A stretch of DNA of 64,000 nt, taken from the NCBI GenBank assembly GCA_964019425.1, contig OZ025801.1, forward strand, positions 62,001 through 126,000. Direction: 5' to 3'. Within the stretch, counting starts at the first letter, position 1. The number at the start of each line of letters is the position of its first letter. Made by a program: the position numbers and the translations under genes. This stretch comes from Flectonema sp. DT1601. Its lineage: Eukaryota. Below the pieces are notes generated by a model. That model was not told the DNA's origin. It was given only the letters and a program-made list of their open reading frames with translations, and made no database searches. Below, in pieces: positions 27,301 through 39,500 of the stretch.

Positions 27301-28623
27301 GGTGAGCTGCTCTCTTCTGAAGTCCTCGCGTTGTAGGTCGAGTTCGCGAAGTGCTGCCGCGAGTTTTCTTTCATTTGACTGAAGAGAGAATTCTCTCTCA
27401 GAAACATCCTCCAGTTTAATTGTTATCTTCCTCCAGTAGCGGAGGATGATATCAGTTCGAGAGTTTACTTCAAGTTCTTGAATGTTAATACGCTGATCTG
27501 ATTCTTGAGATCTGAAAGCGTGTCTGGCGCGAGTATCAGTTGATGCCTGTTCTCTCGCCCCCATCGCAGCTTCCCTGGCCATAAGCTGATCATTTTCATT
27601 ATTAACACTTGAGATGGTACTTTCAACTTCGATGTCCTTTTTATGTTTTATCTTTGTCGTCGTGAGTTCTCGAAGTAGTATCCGACCTTCCCTATCGCGA
27701 GCATCTTCGTCAATTTGACGGCGGAGGTCTGCATCACTTCTGAATTGACGAAGAGATTCCTCCCATCCGCGAAGCTCAGCCTCCTTTCTAATGAGAGACT
27801 CTTCTCTGTCTCTGTGAACGAAATCCATCGACTGCTGTGAAGCTGATCTCGCTGTTGGAAACTGTTGTTGATTATGTAAGGCTGATTCTAGTCTGCGGAG
27901 AGCCAGTTCTCGTCTGTTGAGTTCATCTTCCTTTTCTGATGACTTCTTTGGATCCGAAGCCATTCTTGTCATTCGAGAAAACTCCTGTTCGCGTTCCATG
28001 AGATCCCGTTCGCGTTCTCTCAAACTCTGTAGAGCTCTTTCATCAGGCAGGGATTGTAGAGAATGTTGGAGGTGGTGGAGATGAGCTTCTCTATCAGCAA
28101 GTTGGCGCTCTTTTTCAGAAATTGCAGCTTCGCGATTTTTCGTTTCTCTGACAGTCGTAACGGGCTCGTGAAGTTGATTAGCAACAGAAATGCGAGAAGT
28201 TGATGTTTCGAGGACGGGATCATCGCGTTCATCAGGCAAGTCGAGTGGACTAGAAAATTCCGGGATGACTCTGGCGTGTCTCGGTGGGGAGTAGTGAACT
28301 GCCCGCTGACGATTTCTTCCACTTTGGTGAGGAACTACTTCAATATCATCAAATGTCTCAGTGCTGGCCATACTGGGAGTTGGTGTAGGTCCAGCATTTG
28401 TGATAGATAACATTACTTGACTGTAGGCTGTCCAATCAACAAAGTCTCCTCCACCCATCGCTTTCCAAATACCACTTACAACTTCTTCCTGTCCACTTAA
28501 TCCCAACTCTTTTAATATACTTCGTAATCCACTCAAGTCGAGAACGATATTGTCTGCACTACTCTCGAAACCATACCTCTCAAATGCCCTCCAAAGCAGC
28601 TCTTTGTGACCACCTGGAGTCAT
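24389..28623 (-). CDS. Large coiled-coil protein with degenerate N-terminal EF-hand-like pair; exons 28623-25330, 25260-25070, 24998-24389
   Basis: 1196-aa ORF rich in E/R/Q/L. It contains an in-frame 69-nt intron (GTATGT..AAAACAG). A second intron (GTATGG..CCAACAG) joins it in frame to the 24389-24889 ORF. Confidence 0.85.
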
Positions 28624-30157
28624 GTCATGTGCCGTGGGCGGGCTTGTTGTGTTGTAATACCCTTCCCTGTGTGAATAATATTGTTGATGGTCTCTATTAC
28701 TTGATGGCTGTTTAAGTGAACCTCCCGCGGGACGGATAATTAAATTAAATTCCTGTCGAAACTTAATTAGAATTAATTAGACGCATCTTATCTCAATTAT
28801 ATTTTTTATCGATTTTCGTCAACCTGCACCAACCAAAAAAAAGAACCACCCCAGATTCCTTTTTTTTTTCTTAACAATTCTGTTTATGTAGCTCGCAAAA
28901 CACGACACGGTGCCGTGAGTAAAGGAAAAAAAAAAAGGGAAGGGAAATGAAGGAGAAATTAAAAAAAAAAGAGGGGAAAAAAAAAGGTGGGACTGATATA
29001 CTACGGATGTGAGTGACAAGCCCAACACGTCAATTAACAAGCACTCGCCCAGATTCACAGAGCAGAGGCAATCACGTAAATCGAACAACAGTTCCCGTTG
29101 GGAATTCAACAACTTTCAAGAGGAGGAGGGCGAGGAGGGTGAAAACGATATTTTATATAATTTTTTTTTTAAAAACTTTTTTCGCGGAGAGCATCAAAGA
29201 AAGAAAAAAGACAGCGCAAGGAGGAATAAGTAAAATGGGATTCATTATTTATTTATTTTTATTTGCGTGGGAGGGTATACATTACAAGAGGCGCGCATTG
29301 GCATAGACAGGATCGGAGCTACAAGACTACTGCTCAAAATCTTTTCCTCTGGTAGAAGAAGAGGATTTTTTAGAGTGTTAGTCCTTTTCCGCTTTCCTTT
29401 TTTTAAATTTTATTCTGTTAAGCTCCTTGACGCTGTAAAGAAAACTAAAAAGGGGGGAAGGGCAGGGGAAAATACCCCTCCAAGCGCACAAAAAATATGC
29501 GTCAGACGCAGGGTGCCACCATTCAAGAAAGAACAGTGGATGCCCACAAATAAGAGGTTATTATGACTTCTGCCTAATTTTATTTTTTTTCTTTCTGCAT
29601 TTTTTGTCGCTTGCAAAGGGGTGGAAGCGGGAAAGGATACTGCGAGAAGGGAACCCTGCGCCAGTCAAGTCTGCTTCTGTGTCTTTGTACCGTCCAGACA
29701 GGGAGGGGTACCCCCTTTGCGACATCGAGGACAGATAGACTTAAGAAACTACACTTTGTTTGCCAGCGCAGGGGGGGAACTACAAGGGGAGAGATTTCCT
29801 CTTTTCTTTTTTCTTTTTTTTTTTCTTTTCTTTTTTTTTCCCCCACCCCGATCGCTTGCTCTGCGAAACCGAAATAAAAAAGGAACTTTTCTTTTTGTAC
29901 TTTCGTTTTTTTTTTTTTTTTTTTTGACACTAAGGATTAAAGTGAAAGAACTCAGCAACATAATAACACTAACAATAAAAGGCAGTAATTGCCGCTCCTA
30001 ATGGCATTCGAAGGGTCGCCTGAAGGCTGCAACAGTTAACGCAAACGAAATAAATTAACAAACAGCGTGACGGCTAAGTATTGTTACTCTTTATCTCACT
30101 CTTTTTCTTCTTTTTTCTTTTATTTCCCTTCTTTAGCCTCGATAAACTGAAGTCGAC

Positions 30158-31603
30158 CTACATGTCTGGTGGGTTTTCTGGAACGATGGACGGTGGAGTG
30201 GCTGGCTGGTCGAACAGTTTTTGGATTGGTGTGCCGGTCTTACCGGTAGCACAGCATTCGTCCATCTCGTGCCTGTGTCCACGCTTTGCAGAGCTGAATC
30301 CCGCGTAGGAACTGCATCTTGGAGATACGTGAGCGGAACGTGGAGCAACACTGCTGTATCCCTGACGGTCAAGAGTGGTAACAGTTCCTCCTGACATATC
30401 GTGACGGTGCTTTCTCTTACCTTCGTTTAGTTTTTCAAGAGAAATAGTTCTGTCCGGGTTCTCAGCTGCCTCCGCTGCTGCACGGCGGCTTTCTTTGCAG
30501 CTGTCAGCCTGGTGACGGTGCTTTCTCTTTGACACTTGGTAGTCCTCATTGCTCATGCACTGGTGCTGTCCACTTGGGGAAGACGTAAATGACATGTTCT
30601 TCGAGTGCTTCTTCTTTTCATTAGCCATTGTTCTACAAGACTTGGCCATGTTAGTCTCTGGAGGAGGGGAGTTGTAACCGGCTTCACCTCTACGAGGAGA
30701 CTGCGCTTCCATAGTGTAGTGATGGTTGGCCTTCTTTTTTGAGAACTCAACATTTGAGACTAACTGAGAATCGGTATCACGTGGTGCTGGTGGCTCAGGT
30801 CTGCTGACCCAACCGTCGATGTCTCTGCTGTGGATAGATTTTTGTCTGCTGAAACGCTTTACACTGAGAGGCTGACCATTCTCAGCATCCCTTTCAACGA
30901 TAATTTCAGGTCCCTTTGGGACGCACTCATCCATTTCGTGACGGTGAGCTGCCTTGTCACGTCTAAATGCTTCAGCTGAATGGCACCTTGGAATTGAGTC
31001 CTCACCTCCATTGTAAATGGTGTCAATAGTCTTACCTCCATCAATCTGATGTCTGTGAAGCATCTTATCGTGACGGAATCTTTCAGCACTGCAGTGTACG
31101 GTTGGCTCAGCAGGAGAGCTCGCCAAAGCCTGTCTCTGAGGTGAGCAGCCATCTAATTCAGCCTTGTGCTTACTCTTGTCAACGGAGAACAATTCATTTG
31201 ACTGGTAAGGGTTTGGTCCTCCTGCCTCTCCAGCAGCAGCGTGTGACGCAGGGAACATTGGAGTCAAGTGTTCGACCTTCTCATGAGCGAATTCTCTGCA
31301 TGATTTATGATATGGAGGTCCAGCCATATTAGAGTGGTTGTGACCGTACATGGTCTCCTGAGGAGATGGTTCTTGTGACAGACGCTCTCTTCTTGGGGTG
31401 CTCAAGATATCAGTTGTGTGTCTCTTTTTGTCATGTTCTAATCCGAGGTGAGACACTCGGTCACTCATTGGAGTAACTGATCCAGCAGCTTGTGTCCTTG
31501 CGGCCATTGATGCAGAAGGAGCCGCGTCTCTTGGAGTGTTCATCGTGTAGGTGTGCAATTTCTTCGCACGTGCGAGCTCCTGAGCGCTGGTAAAAGTGGC
31601 CAT
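30158..31603 (-). CDS. Hypothetical protein with about ten repeats of an S.E.F...K..H.H..D motif
   Basis: 481-aa ATG ORF; recurring units such as SAERFRHDKMLHRHQID, SAEAFRRDKAAHRHEMD, SNEDYQVSKRKHRHQAD. Confidence 0.85.
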   Translation of the reverse strand: MATFTSAQELARAKKLHTYTMNTPRDAAPSASMAARTQAAGSVTPMSDRVSHLGLEHDKKRHTTDILSTPRRERLSQEPSPQETMYGHNHSNMAGPPYHKSCREFAHEKVEHLTPMFPASHAAAGEAGGPNPYQSNELFSVDKSKHKAELDGCSPQRQALASSPAEPTVHCSAERFRHDKMLHRHQIDGGKTIDTIYNGGEDSIPRCHSAEAFRRDKAAHRHEMDECVPKGPEIIVERDAENGQPLSVKRFSRQKSIHSRDIDGWVSRPEPPAPRDTDSQLVSNVEFSKKKANHHYTMEAQSPRRGEAGYNSPPPETNMAKSCRTMANEKKKHSKNMSFTSSPSGQHQCMSNEDYQVSKRKHRHQADSCKESRRAAAEAAENPDRTISLEKLNEGKRKHRHDMSGGTVTTLDRQGYSSVAPRSAHVSPRCSSYAGFSSAKRGHRHEMDECCATGKTGTPIQKLFDQPATPPSIVPENPPDM

Positions 31604-32012
31604 ATTGTTGAGAAGAAAATCCTGATTAGTAAATTATTTATTATTACTATTACTCTAACAAACTTATTAAATATTTCAGAGCGGCGCTGAATCTAATTGG
31701 AAAACGGACACATCCTAGAACGAAGAAAAAAGAGAGGGAACAAAAGACCAAATGTCACAGCCAAACAGCCCAAGGACTCACCATGTTAAAAGCAGATGAA
31801 TAATAAAAGAATATGTTAAAGCCCAGAATGTCTTTTTTCGTTGAGAGAAAACGAAAAAAACATATAAATTTAACGAGAGAAACCCCCCACGCAAATCGCA
31901 TGCAAATATAAAGAACAAAAGGAACAGAATTGTGCAGCAATAATGGCGGAAGCTATATGTGTCAAAAGTCTAATGTCACGGATGTTCGACAACTGAGTCA
32001 AAATCATAACCC

Positions 32013-32013
<1 letters not shown>

Positions 32014-32043
<30 letters not shown>
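32014..32043 (+). repeat. (CAG)10 microsatellite
   Basis: Directly visible. Confidence 0.95.
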
Positions 32044-32046
<3 letters not shown>

Positions 32047-32399
32047 TACTTCGAACGAATCCAACTGAAGCAACCACACCACACCAGGAGGTGTGTTCAT
32101 TTTATTACATATTTGTGTGGCAATGAAAAAACAAAGTGAGAACTAAAAACTGAAATGGAGTTAGGAGACTTATTTAGTTGAATTTGCTAAGCTAATAATA
32201 TAGTAGCGGTAAACAATTAATTTGTTAAGTTACTTGCGGGTTGCATTGCGAAAATAAACCGCAGTACCTTCAGGAAGAATTCTGTACAAAGGACGAATCG
32301 TGGATCCATCCATTGATGTGATAATATTTTTCATTTTGCTCCAAGTCGCAGTTGAAGTACTTCGGATGTCCTGGTCCCTTTAAAGTTTGAAAATGTCAT

Positions 32400-33330
32400 A
32401 CAAATTACTATTCCACTTTCCAGCACCTGGGTACTGCTGATCATTGCCATGAGAGGTTGAATAGTCTTAGTAGTTGCTCGAGGAAAGCTTTTGGAAGTTG
32501 TTTTAACATCGAGTTCCAGATGTAGTCAGGTCCAGGTGCCTTCTTTGGTTTTTGAAATTTGTCGTTCCAGTTCAGGCATTCCAAATTCCACCGAGTTATC
32601 ATCAGGTATTCCTTGTAAGGTTGGTTCACCGTCTTCGAATTTGAATTGGTCAGCGTATGTTTTGGTGAAAATCTGTTGCAGGTCGGTTAATTCCTTCTCA
32701 CCGTCGACTATCTTAGTAATTGAATGGTCCATCATTCTACCTTCCAGTTGTTTAACTTTTCTAAAGGCCCATCTGTCTTATCAGAGTCAGTCTCTGCCAT
32801 TAAATCTTCTGAATCCCTCACAGCGAAGGTACTACTTAACTTGTTGTTGTAGCCTGGGATGGCCCTTCTTACTGCTCTCAGAATCTCATTGTTGATCTTG
32901 GAAGCTAGTTTCTGCACATTCTTAATTCTTTCTAATTTGGGCGCTGCCCTTTCCAACAATATTTTATAATAATTCCAATCGGCACATTGTCACTTCCATT
33001 TCCATGTCCCAGAACTCTCATATGAATATTTCTTGATTATAATATCTTCGATTATCAGTTTGAGTGGCAGGTGATCGCTGTCCCATCCCTTCATGAGTTA
33101 GTTAAATTGGATTAGATTGAAGTACTACTGGTAATATCTCAGTTTGGTCATGTGAGATGTCGGGTGTTTTAATATTATCGTATTTAGATCATTTCTGACC
33201 AGATTGGCGGTGTTCTCTCTTCTGTAGATTTAATAGCCATCGATGGTGAAATGGTTTTCTTTAGATAACTACGTTTCCTGCAGTAGTACTACTTCAGGCT
33301 TTTCTTCTTTCAGTGCCCAGTTCAATCGAA
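32400..33330 (-). mobile_element. Degraded non-LTR retrotransposon fragment (APE endonuclease to start of RT)
   Basis: Frame-disrupted motifs LKEEKPEVVLLQET, DSDHLPL and KAPGPDYIWNSMLKQLPKAFLEQLLRLFNLSW. Confidence 0.8.
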
Positions 33331-34556
33331 AGTTTGGTTAAAAGAAGTTTTCTTAATAAAAATTTATTTTTAATTTTCTTTTATTCATAGACTGAAGTGC
33401 CCTACAATTTGGAGGCCCGTAGGGCGCTTTTAATATAAATATTATTTTGGAGGGCGCTTTTTTTACCTTTTTTATTACTATAAGACAGCCGAAATTGACG
33501 GAGACTTACACCGACGCACAAGTATTTTGACACAGAAGCCCAAAAAAAAAACCTTTGTTGACATGCTTGGCAGTCAATAAAGGTATAAAAAAAAAAGGTA
33601 GGGTTGCAACAGCATCCGGGTACAACCGAGAGGGTGTGAGCGTTCGAGCGTGTATGGTGCCGCTACAGGAGCGGGATACAGTGGAACACGAGCAAAGAAT
33701 AATGAATAATGGAGAGGGGACGGGAGAGGTTTGCGATCACTGTTTTAAATGACAGCAGCATATGAGGGTCCTAAAATCACACCAGCATTACCTGTGGGAT
33801 GTGATAGCGGGTTTATGGCTGAATCAATCAATGAGAAATCTCAATTAAACAAAACTCAACCAATCACATGTGAACACTGCGACTCACAACGGTATTGCAG
33901 CTTAGAATGTAAGCAGTCAGCTTGGAACTGTTTTGTGTGGACCGAAATTTCTATCAGACTACGTGGACACAGCTGCTGACGTATCCTCATTGAAGAAAAT
34001 AAAGCAAAGGATACAACGTTAACAGATACAGTTATAAAGATGCTTCTCACATACAAATCATCTGAGTCTACCTTTGCTTCAGCACATATTGATAATTTAG
34101 TATCCGGCGGCATGGTTCGCCTATTTATCAGGACAACTTACGACCCTAAGTTTGCAATAGGATTTCGAAGCCAGCAGAGGACTTCCGGAAAGAAATCAAC
34201 AATGAGCTTCTGGAGCCTGCTGCAATCCCTGAAACTGAAACCCATTTCAGAGAACGATGCATCCCAGATCTACAAGGAGCCGACCCAACTATTTGTTGTG
34301 GCTGGTCTTCACAGTACCTTGTGAGAGAAAAAAAGAAGTTTACTGGTGGCAAGTAAACTGATGTCCCGGAGACACATTTGATCGGACGAACCGGAGAAAA
34401 GGCAGGGGTGTCAAAGCGAGCTCAGCATTATATAAAATTCACCACCAAAAGAGAGTGAAAAAAGAAAGGCAAACAAGAAGTGAAAAACAACAATGAACAA
34501 AGAAGGCGGTTGCACCAGTGTAACCAGAAAAAAAAAGTTCGGGCTGTTCAAGTGGT

Positions 34557-34617
34557 GCTCATTCGGTTACCTATAGCTAGTGGTACTTGACCACTAGCTA
34601 TAGATAACCGAATGAGC
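34557..34617. repeat. 28-bp inverted repeat with 5-nt loop (one mismatch)
   Basis: GCTCATTCGGTTACCTATAGCTAGTGGT-acttg-ACCACTAGCTATAGATAACCGAATGAGC. Confidence 0.95.
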
Positions 34618-35337
34618 TTCGTGTGTCCAATTTCAAGGATGCGTGACCATTATTTCATTTCCATTGCTGCTCTTCTGACGTCCTCAGGCGGAGCCTACCA
34701 AATGTTTCCCGTGTTTTCCAATTGTCAGACTTAAATCAAAAGAAAGTATAAAGAAAGAAGTTTTTTTTTTTTTTTTTTTTGAGGGAGGTGAGAGGCAAGT
34801 ATGGCAGGAGAGCAAACCCTCGGAACCAGCGATCCTTATGTTACATGAGTGTGCGCTAAAAAGATAAACTGCAACACAAGTTTTGGGCCGGTTTTCTAGT
34901 TCCTACCATATCTGTCGCCGAAGCGAAGAAAAGAAAAAAGAAAAAAATATATTTGTGGTTGTGTTTGCGCTGATGGTTGCATTCCCACTTCCAGCGTGCT
35001 TTTTTTTTTTCTTACATTTACATACAGTTTACATACAGCTCTGTCTTCCTTTTCACTCCTCTTTTTTTCATTTTTCTTTTCACATGTTTGCTTCTTTACA
35101 TTTTTTACAAGTTCACTTCTTTACATTTAATTATTTCCGTTCATTCACTTTCCGTTTCATGCTTCTCACATGGCATCGTTTTTCGATCGCGATCCCGTGA
35201 TTTCCTTTTCCTCTTCTCTTTCCCACGCCGCGATCTCTCCAACAATCTGCAGCATTCAGCGTAGTCACACTTCGGGGTCCGTTTTCCCCAGCCATATTAC
35301 ACTAATCACTCTATTCAAAGGGTTGTCTTTTTTCAAC

Positions 35338-35687
35338 CTAAAAAATACCACCCCTTCCTGATACACTCAGGAATGTCCTTTGATGTTCTTCCTTTATTTT
35401 TATCAAGATAGAAAAAAATTTGATTTTGGGGAGACTTCCATTTGTCTCTACTTCAGAAACATCTGGTCGAAACATGCCCAGGATCCTACTGTTATAATCC
35501 AAAGAGGTATAAACTCTATGGAACACTGTTTTTAGTTCACTATTTTCATTCAAAAATTCTTCAGCGCTAACGTTAGCTTCAGCTAGTGCTTTTCCTGTAG
35601 TTTCAGCAATAACAACGATTCCATCGGATACATTCCAGTCAGCCATTTTGTGTTGTGTATGTCAATAAAGTACAGAAAGTAGCTTTA
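35338..35687 (-). pseudogene. Processed (retroposed) mRNA copy with relic spliced leader
   Basis: Minus strand TAAAGCTAC--TTTCTGTACTTTATTG (35687-35663) is followed not by GT but by a 16-nt UTR and the ATG of a 102-codon ORF (MADWNVSDG...). Confidence 0.8.
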
Positions 35688-35689
35688 AT

Positions 35690-36374
35690 TTGATGTATTT
35701 TTCTCTCAAGGTTTCTATACACCAATTCGCATATAAATAATACATGATGTGCTGTCGCCTTTCCAAGTTTACAGAAAAAGCACAGCTCGTTCAGTCCTTT
35801 GATTATCAGAGATCTGCAATGTCCCACTCTAAAGCGTGACATTAGTACTTCCTCTGGTCGTGTTAGAGCTTCTATGTACGGAGGGTGTCTTACCTCTCCT
35901 GGTCCAATCCAGTTCTCCCGTTTTCTCCGCTTGTGGAACGTCATCAATGTTCATGTCAAGTTGAGTGGGCAGTTGTTTAATAATAACATCTTCGTGAGGT
36001 GGATCTTCCTTCAGGCCTGCAGCGAATTTCGCCAGTTGGTCCGCTACTTCGTTGTACCGCACGTTTCTGTGTGCCGGTACATACTGCATGTTGACTTGGA
36101 TTCCCTTCTTCTCCAATTTCATTGCCAACTTCCAGATCTTTTTGTTCATTGGGGACCTTTGTTTATATGGCCCTTGTTCCAATGCCTGCATGACTGACAT
36201 CGAATCAGTCAACAGGTGCGTCGTTGTTGTTAGAGATTCATGTTCATCCTCCGCCACCTGAACTAAATTTTCCAACGCCAGTTTCACTGCAATCTGCTCG
36301 GTCCTATAAGAGGAACCCGCTACTGGTATTTTATATCCAAGTAGACGCATCTTGCTTTCGTTAACCATGACCAC
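35690..36374 (-). mobile_element. Degraded LINE 3' fragment (RNase H + CCHC finger)
   Basis: SSYRTEQIAVKLAL, LLTDSMS, QYVPAHRNVRYNEVADQLAK, then frameshifted RFRVGH..CFFC..HVLFIC; parallels the intact element next to it. Confidence 0.85.
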
Positions 36375-36544
36375 AGCGAGTCTGTCTGTATCGAAAAGAA
36401 CAAAAACAAAGAGTCTGGAAGCACATATGAGTGTAACTCAATTTAAAAAAAAAGTTATAAAAGTTTTATAAAAAAAGTTAAATAAAAAAAGTTTTTTTTA
36501 TTTATTAAATAAAAAAAAAGTTTCTTTTGGCGGGACCACACAAA

Positions 36545-39500
36545 ATGCCTCCACGCGGCGGTCTCGGACGGCAGAGACCGACTAAATTTTGCAACCAGAT
36601 GGGAGGAGAAATACTCTCACGGAAGGAAAGGAACCAGAAAGCACACACAGAGAACGGGAACGGTAAGAAAGACAGGAAGACGAGCGTAGATACGAAGGAA
36701 CGAGACGAGTTGAGGGAGAGACTCGCACGGGATGGCCTAAGAAGGCTGGATCGGGACGAAGACAGGAAGAAGGACGAGAAGGTCCTCAAGAAAAAACAGG
36801 CAGAGCAGGAAGAAGAGAAGAACGAACTGCTGCAACAACAAGAGCTCCTCTGCAAACAACAGAGTGAGCTAGAAGTTAACTTCCAGAAGAAACAGGAAGA
36901 ATTATTCCAAAAGCAACAACAGCTTGAGGAAGTACTGACTAACCATCAACAGCAGCAACTTGTCAACCAGAAACAACTGGACCATCAACAGCAACAAAAC
37001 CAGGAACATCTGCATCAACAACAGAAGGCTCTTACTCAGTACGAAGATGAACTCTGTCTGAAGCAACAACAGCAAGAACAGCAACTTAGCCATCAAGTCA
37101 AAAAGCAGCAGGAAATTCAACAGCAGCAGCAACAGCAACTTGATCAACAAGTCCAACAACAGCAGGATAAGCATATACAACAGCAACAACAACTTGAGCA
37201 TCAAGTCCAACAACAACATCAAAACCAACAACATAGCCAAGAGTTGTTAAACCAACAACAACAAGAACTGCTACAATATAAAGCAGACCTACAACAGAAG
37301 CAGGAACAAATCCTGATCCAACAACAGCAGCTCGAACAGCAGCACAGCAAGGAGAAGGCTGTCGAGGATGAGTCTCTCCGAAGAAGAAGATGCCAACTCG
37401 AAGAAGACCAACGCCAACAACAACAAGAACAGTCCAGGATTCAACAGAATCTGCAACTGCAACAGGTTAGCCTGGAGGAAAAACAGCAGCTGCTTCAACA
37501 TCAACTGAATGTGGAGTTGGAAAAGGGCAAACTGGACCAGCAGCAACAACAACAGAGACGGGAAGAAATCAAAAAGCAGGAAGATGACCTTGAGCATCAA
37601 CGACTCCAACTACAACGCCAGCAGGAGGACGAGATGGAGAAGGGTAGGAAGGAACTCCAGTGTCTCAGGAACAAGCTAGACATGGAGTTCGAACAACAGA
37701 AGCTGCGTAGCCATCAACTCCAACAACAACAAGAAAAGGAGAAGGAACAAGGGAGGAAGGAACTGCTCCAACTTCAACGGGAGCTTGGAAAGGAGTTCGA
37801 ACAACAGCAACAAGAAGACCAGAAGTCAAAGCTAGATCTGGAACTTCAAGAAGGAAAACTGCGACAACAGCAACAGAAGCTCCAACTCCAACAAAGCAGC
37901 CTCCGTCAGCAAACGCATGCAGTAAGCCAACCTCCGGTTTACTACATGCAGCACCAGCCTTATGCACCGATGCATCAAAGGCAACCGTACCCGCCGGTAC
38001 TTCCGCAACAACAGGGAATTGAACAACTCCGACTGGAGCTCCAGAAAGAGAGAGAAGAGAAGGGTGAGCTGAGGAAGTTGCTCATGGAACTCCAGACTCA
38101 GCTGAAAGAACTGAGACAGGAGTTGGCCTCATCGAGAGCGCAGAGAAGCGAAGAAGTGAATGAGGTCGTAGTAGCCCCGAGCCAACCACCACTGGGAATT
38201 GCCAACTTAGTGAACGGTCTGACCTACTCTCGCTCCTACGGCCTCACCACTGATGAGTCAAAGGTTAGATCAGCTGTACAGAGGAACTGCACATCCGAGT
38301 GGGAATCACTGGAAAAGAAAGCGACGCAGTCGATGAAAGCTGTTGAAAAAGCCAGACGTCTCTGGGAGAAAACCAACAAGAAGGAGAGGGAAGTGTTGAA
38401 CTCCTGGAGCCTGAGGGAAGTTGATTGGAACATTCCGGTCACGAAGTTTGAGGAGGTATCGAAAGGGAATCAAGGAGTAGCCCTTGCGACGCCTTCGGAG
38501 GCAAGAGATCTTCTGGGGATGAAGCCGGAGGTTCCTGCATGGAAAACGTGCAGCGTGGTAACGCTGGACCAAGTGAATGGACAAGGAAGAAGGGAGCACG
38601 TGCTATTATCGAGCAAGGATGGAAACAAGGTACATCGCATCTTCATTCATGACCTGGGTGAGGCTGCTCTACCAAAGGGTAAGCGGGGTATTAAATCGGT
38701 GAAGGCAATAGTGACCGCTCCTAAAAGAAGGTGGAAGGATGATAAGTGGCTTGAGTTAGCGAGTAAGCCTGAGCACCTCATCACAAAAGAAATGAAGGAC
38801 ACACCCGGCTTCATGGAAGCGTACAACTTCAGGGTAACGAAGAGTACGGTGTCGGCTGTCATCCGACTGAGGAAATCCGGGGCGGTGGAACTGCTAAGAA
38901 CTTCCGGCAAAGATGGGAGGTTCTTGTGGATCCAAGACGAAGGGGAGGCTCCGAAGGATACAGTTATTTGGCTTCAGGACGAGTGCTCTTTGAAGGAGGC
39001 AGTTGAACACTCTGATTCCTTGGAATCGTTGGGATTAGTCGAAAACCCTAAAGGTTTTGGTATCAGAGTTTCACCGGAGCTGGAAGATGTAACCAGGGAA
39101 AAACTGGGAATCCCTGCAAAGCTCCCTGAATTAGAAATCTCGGGAATTCCGTTAGATGTACTTCCCCGTGAAGCGGTAGCGCTGCTGGCGAAGGATGGGT
39201 GGCATGTGAGAGCAACCGTGGATGGAGTAAGGACTGGATACAGATGGATGAGGGTGCGTGCTGAAGTGCCGGATGACGACACGGTATTAATCGACGGTAG
39301 GGCATGTACGGTTGAGGTAGTTCAAAGACAAGATCGTAAGAAGCGCCAAGCTGCCAGAGAGGTGGATGTGAAGGAGAAAACTCAGCCAACGTCAACTGCG
39401 GAGAGCACACCGGAAAAAGGCCTTACTCCGCCGGAGAAGAGACGTGATCCAACAGAGGGGGAGGCCTCTAATCGTTGCTACTTGCGAGCAGAATTCTTAT

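Noticed and set aside
33749..33979. MYND-like zinc-finger ORF (CEHCDSQRYCSLECKQSAW)
   Set aside because: Only half a motif in a short ORF; no gene model could be supported.
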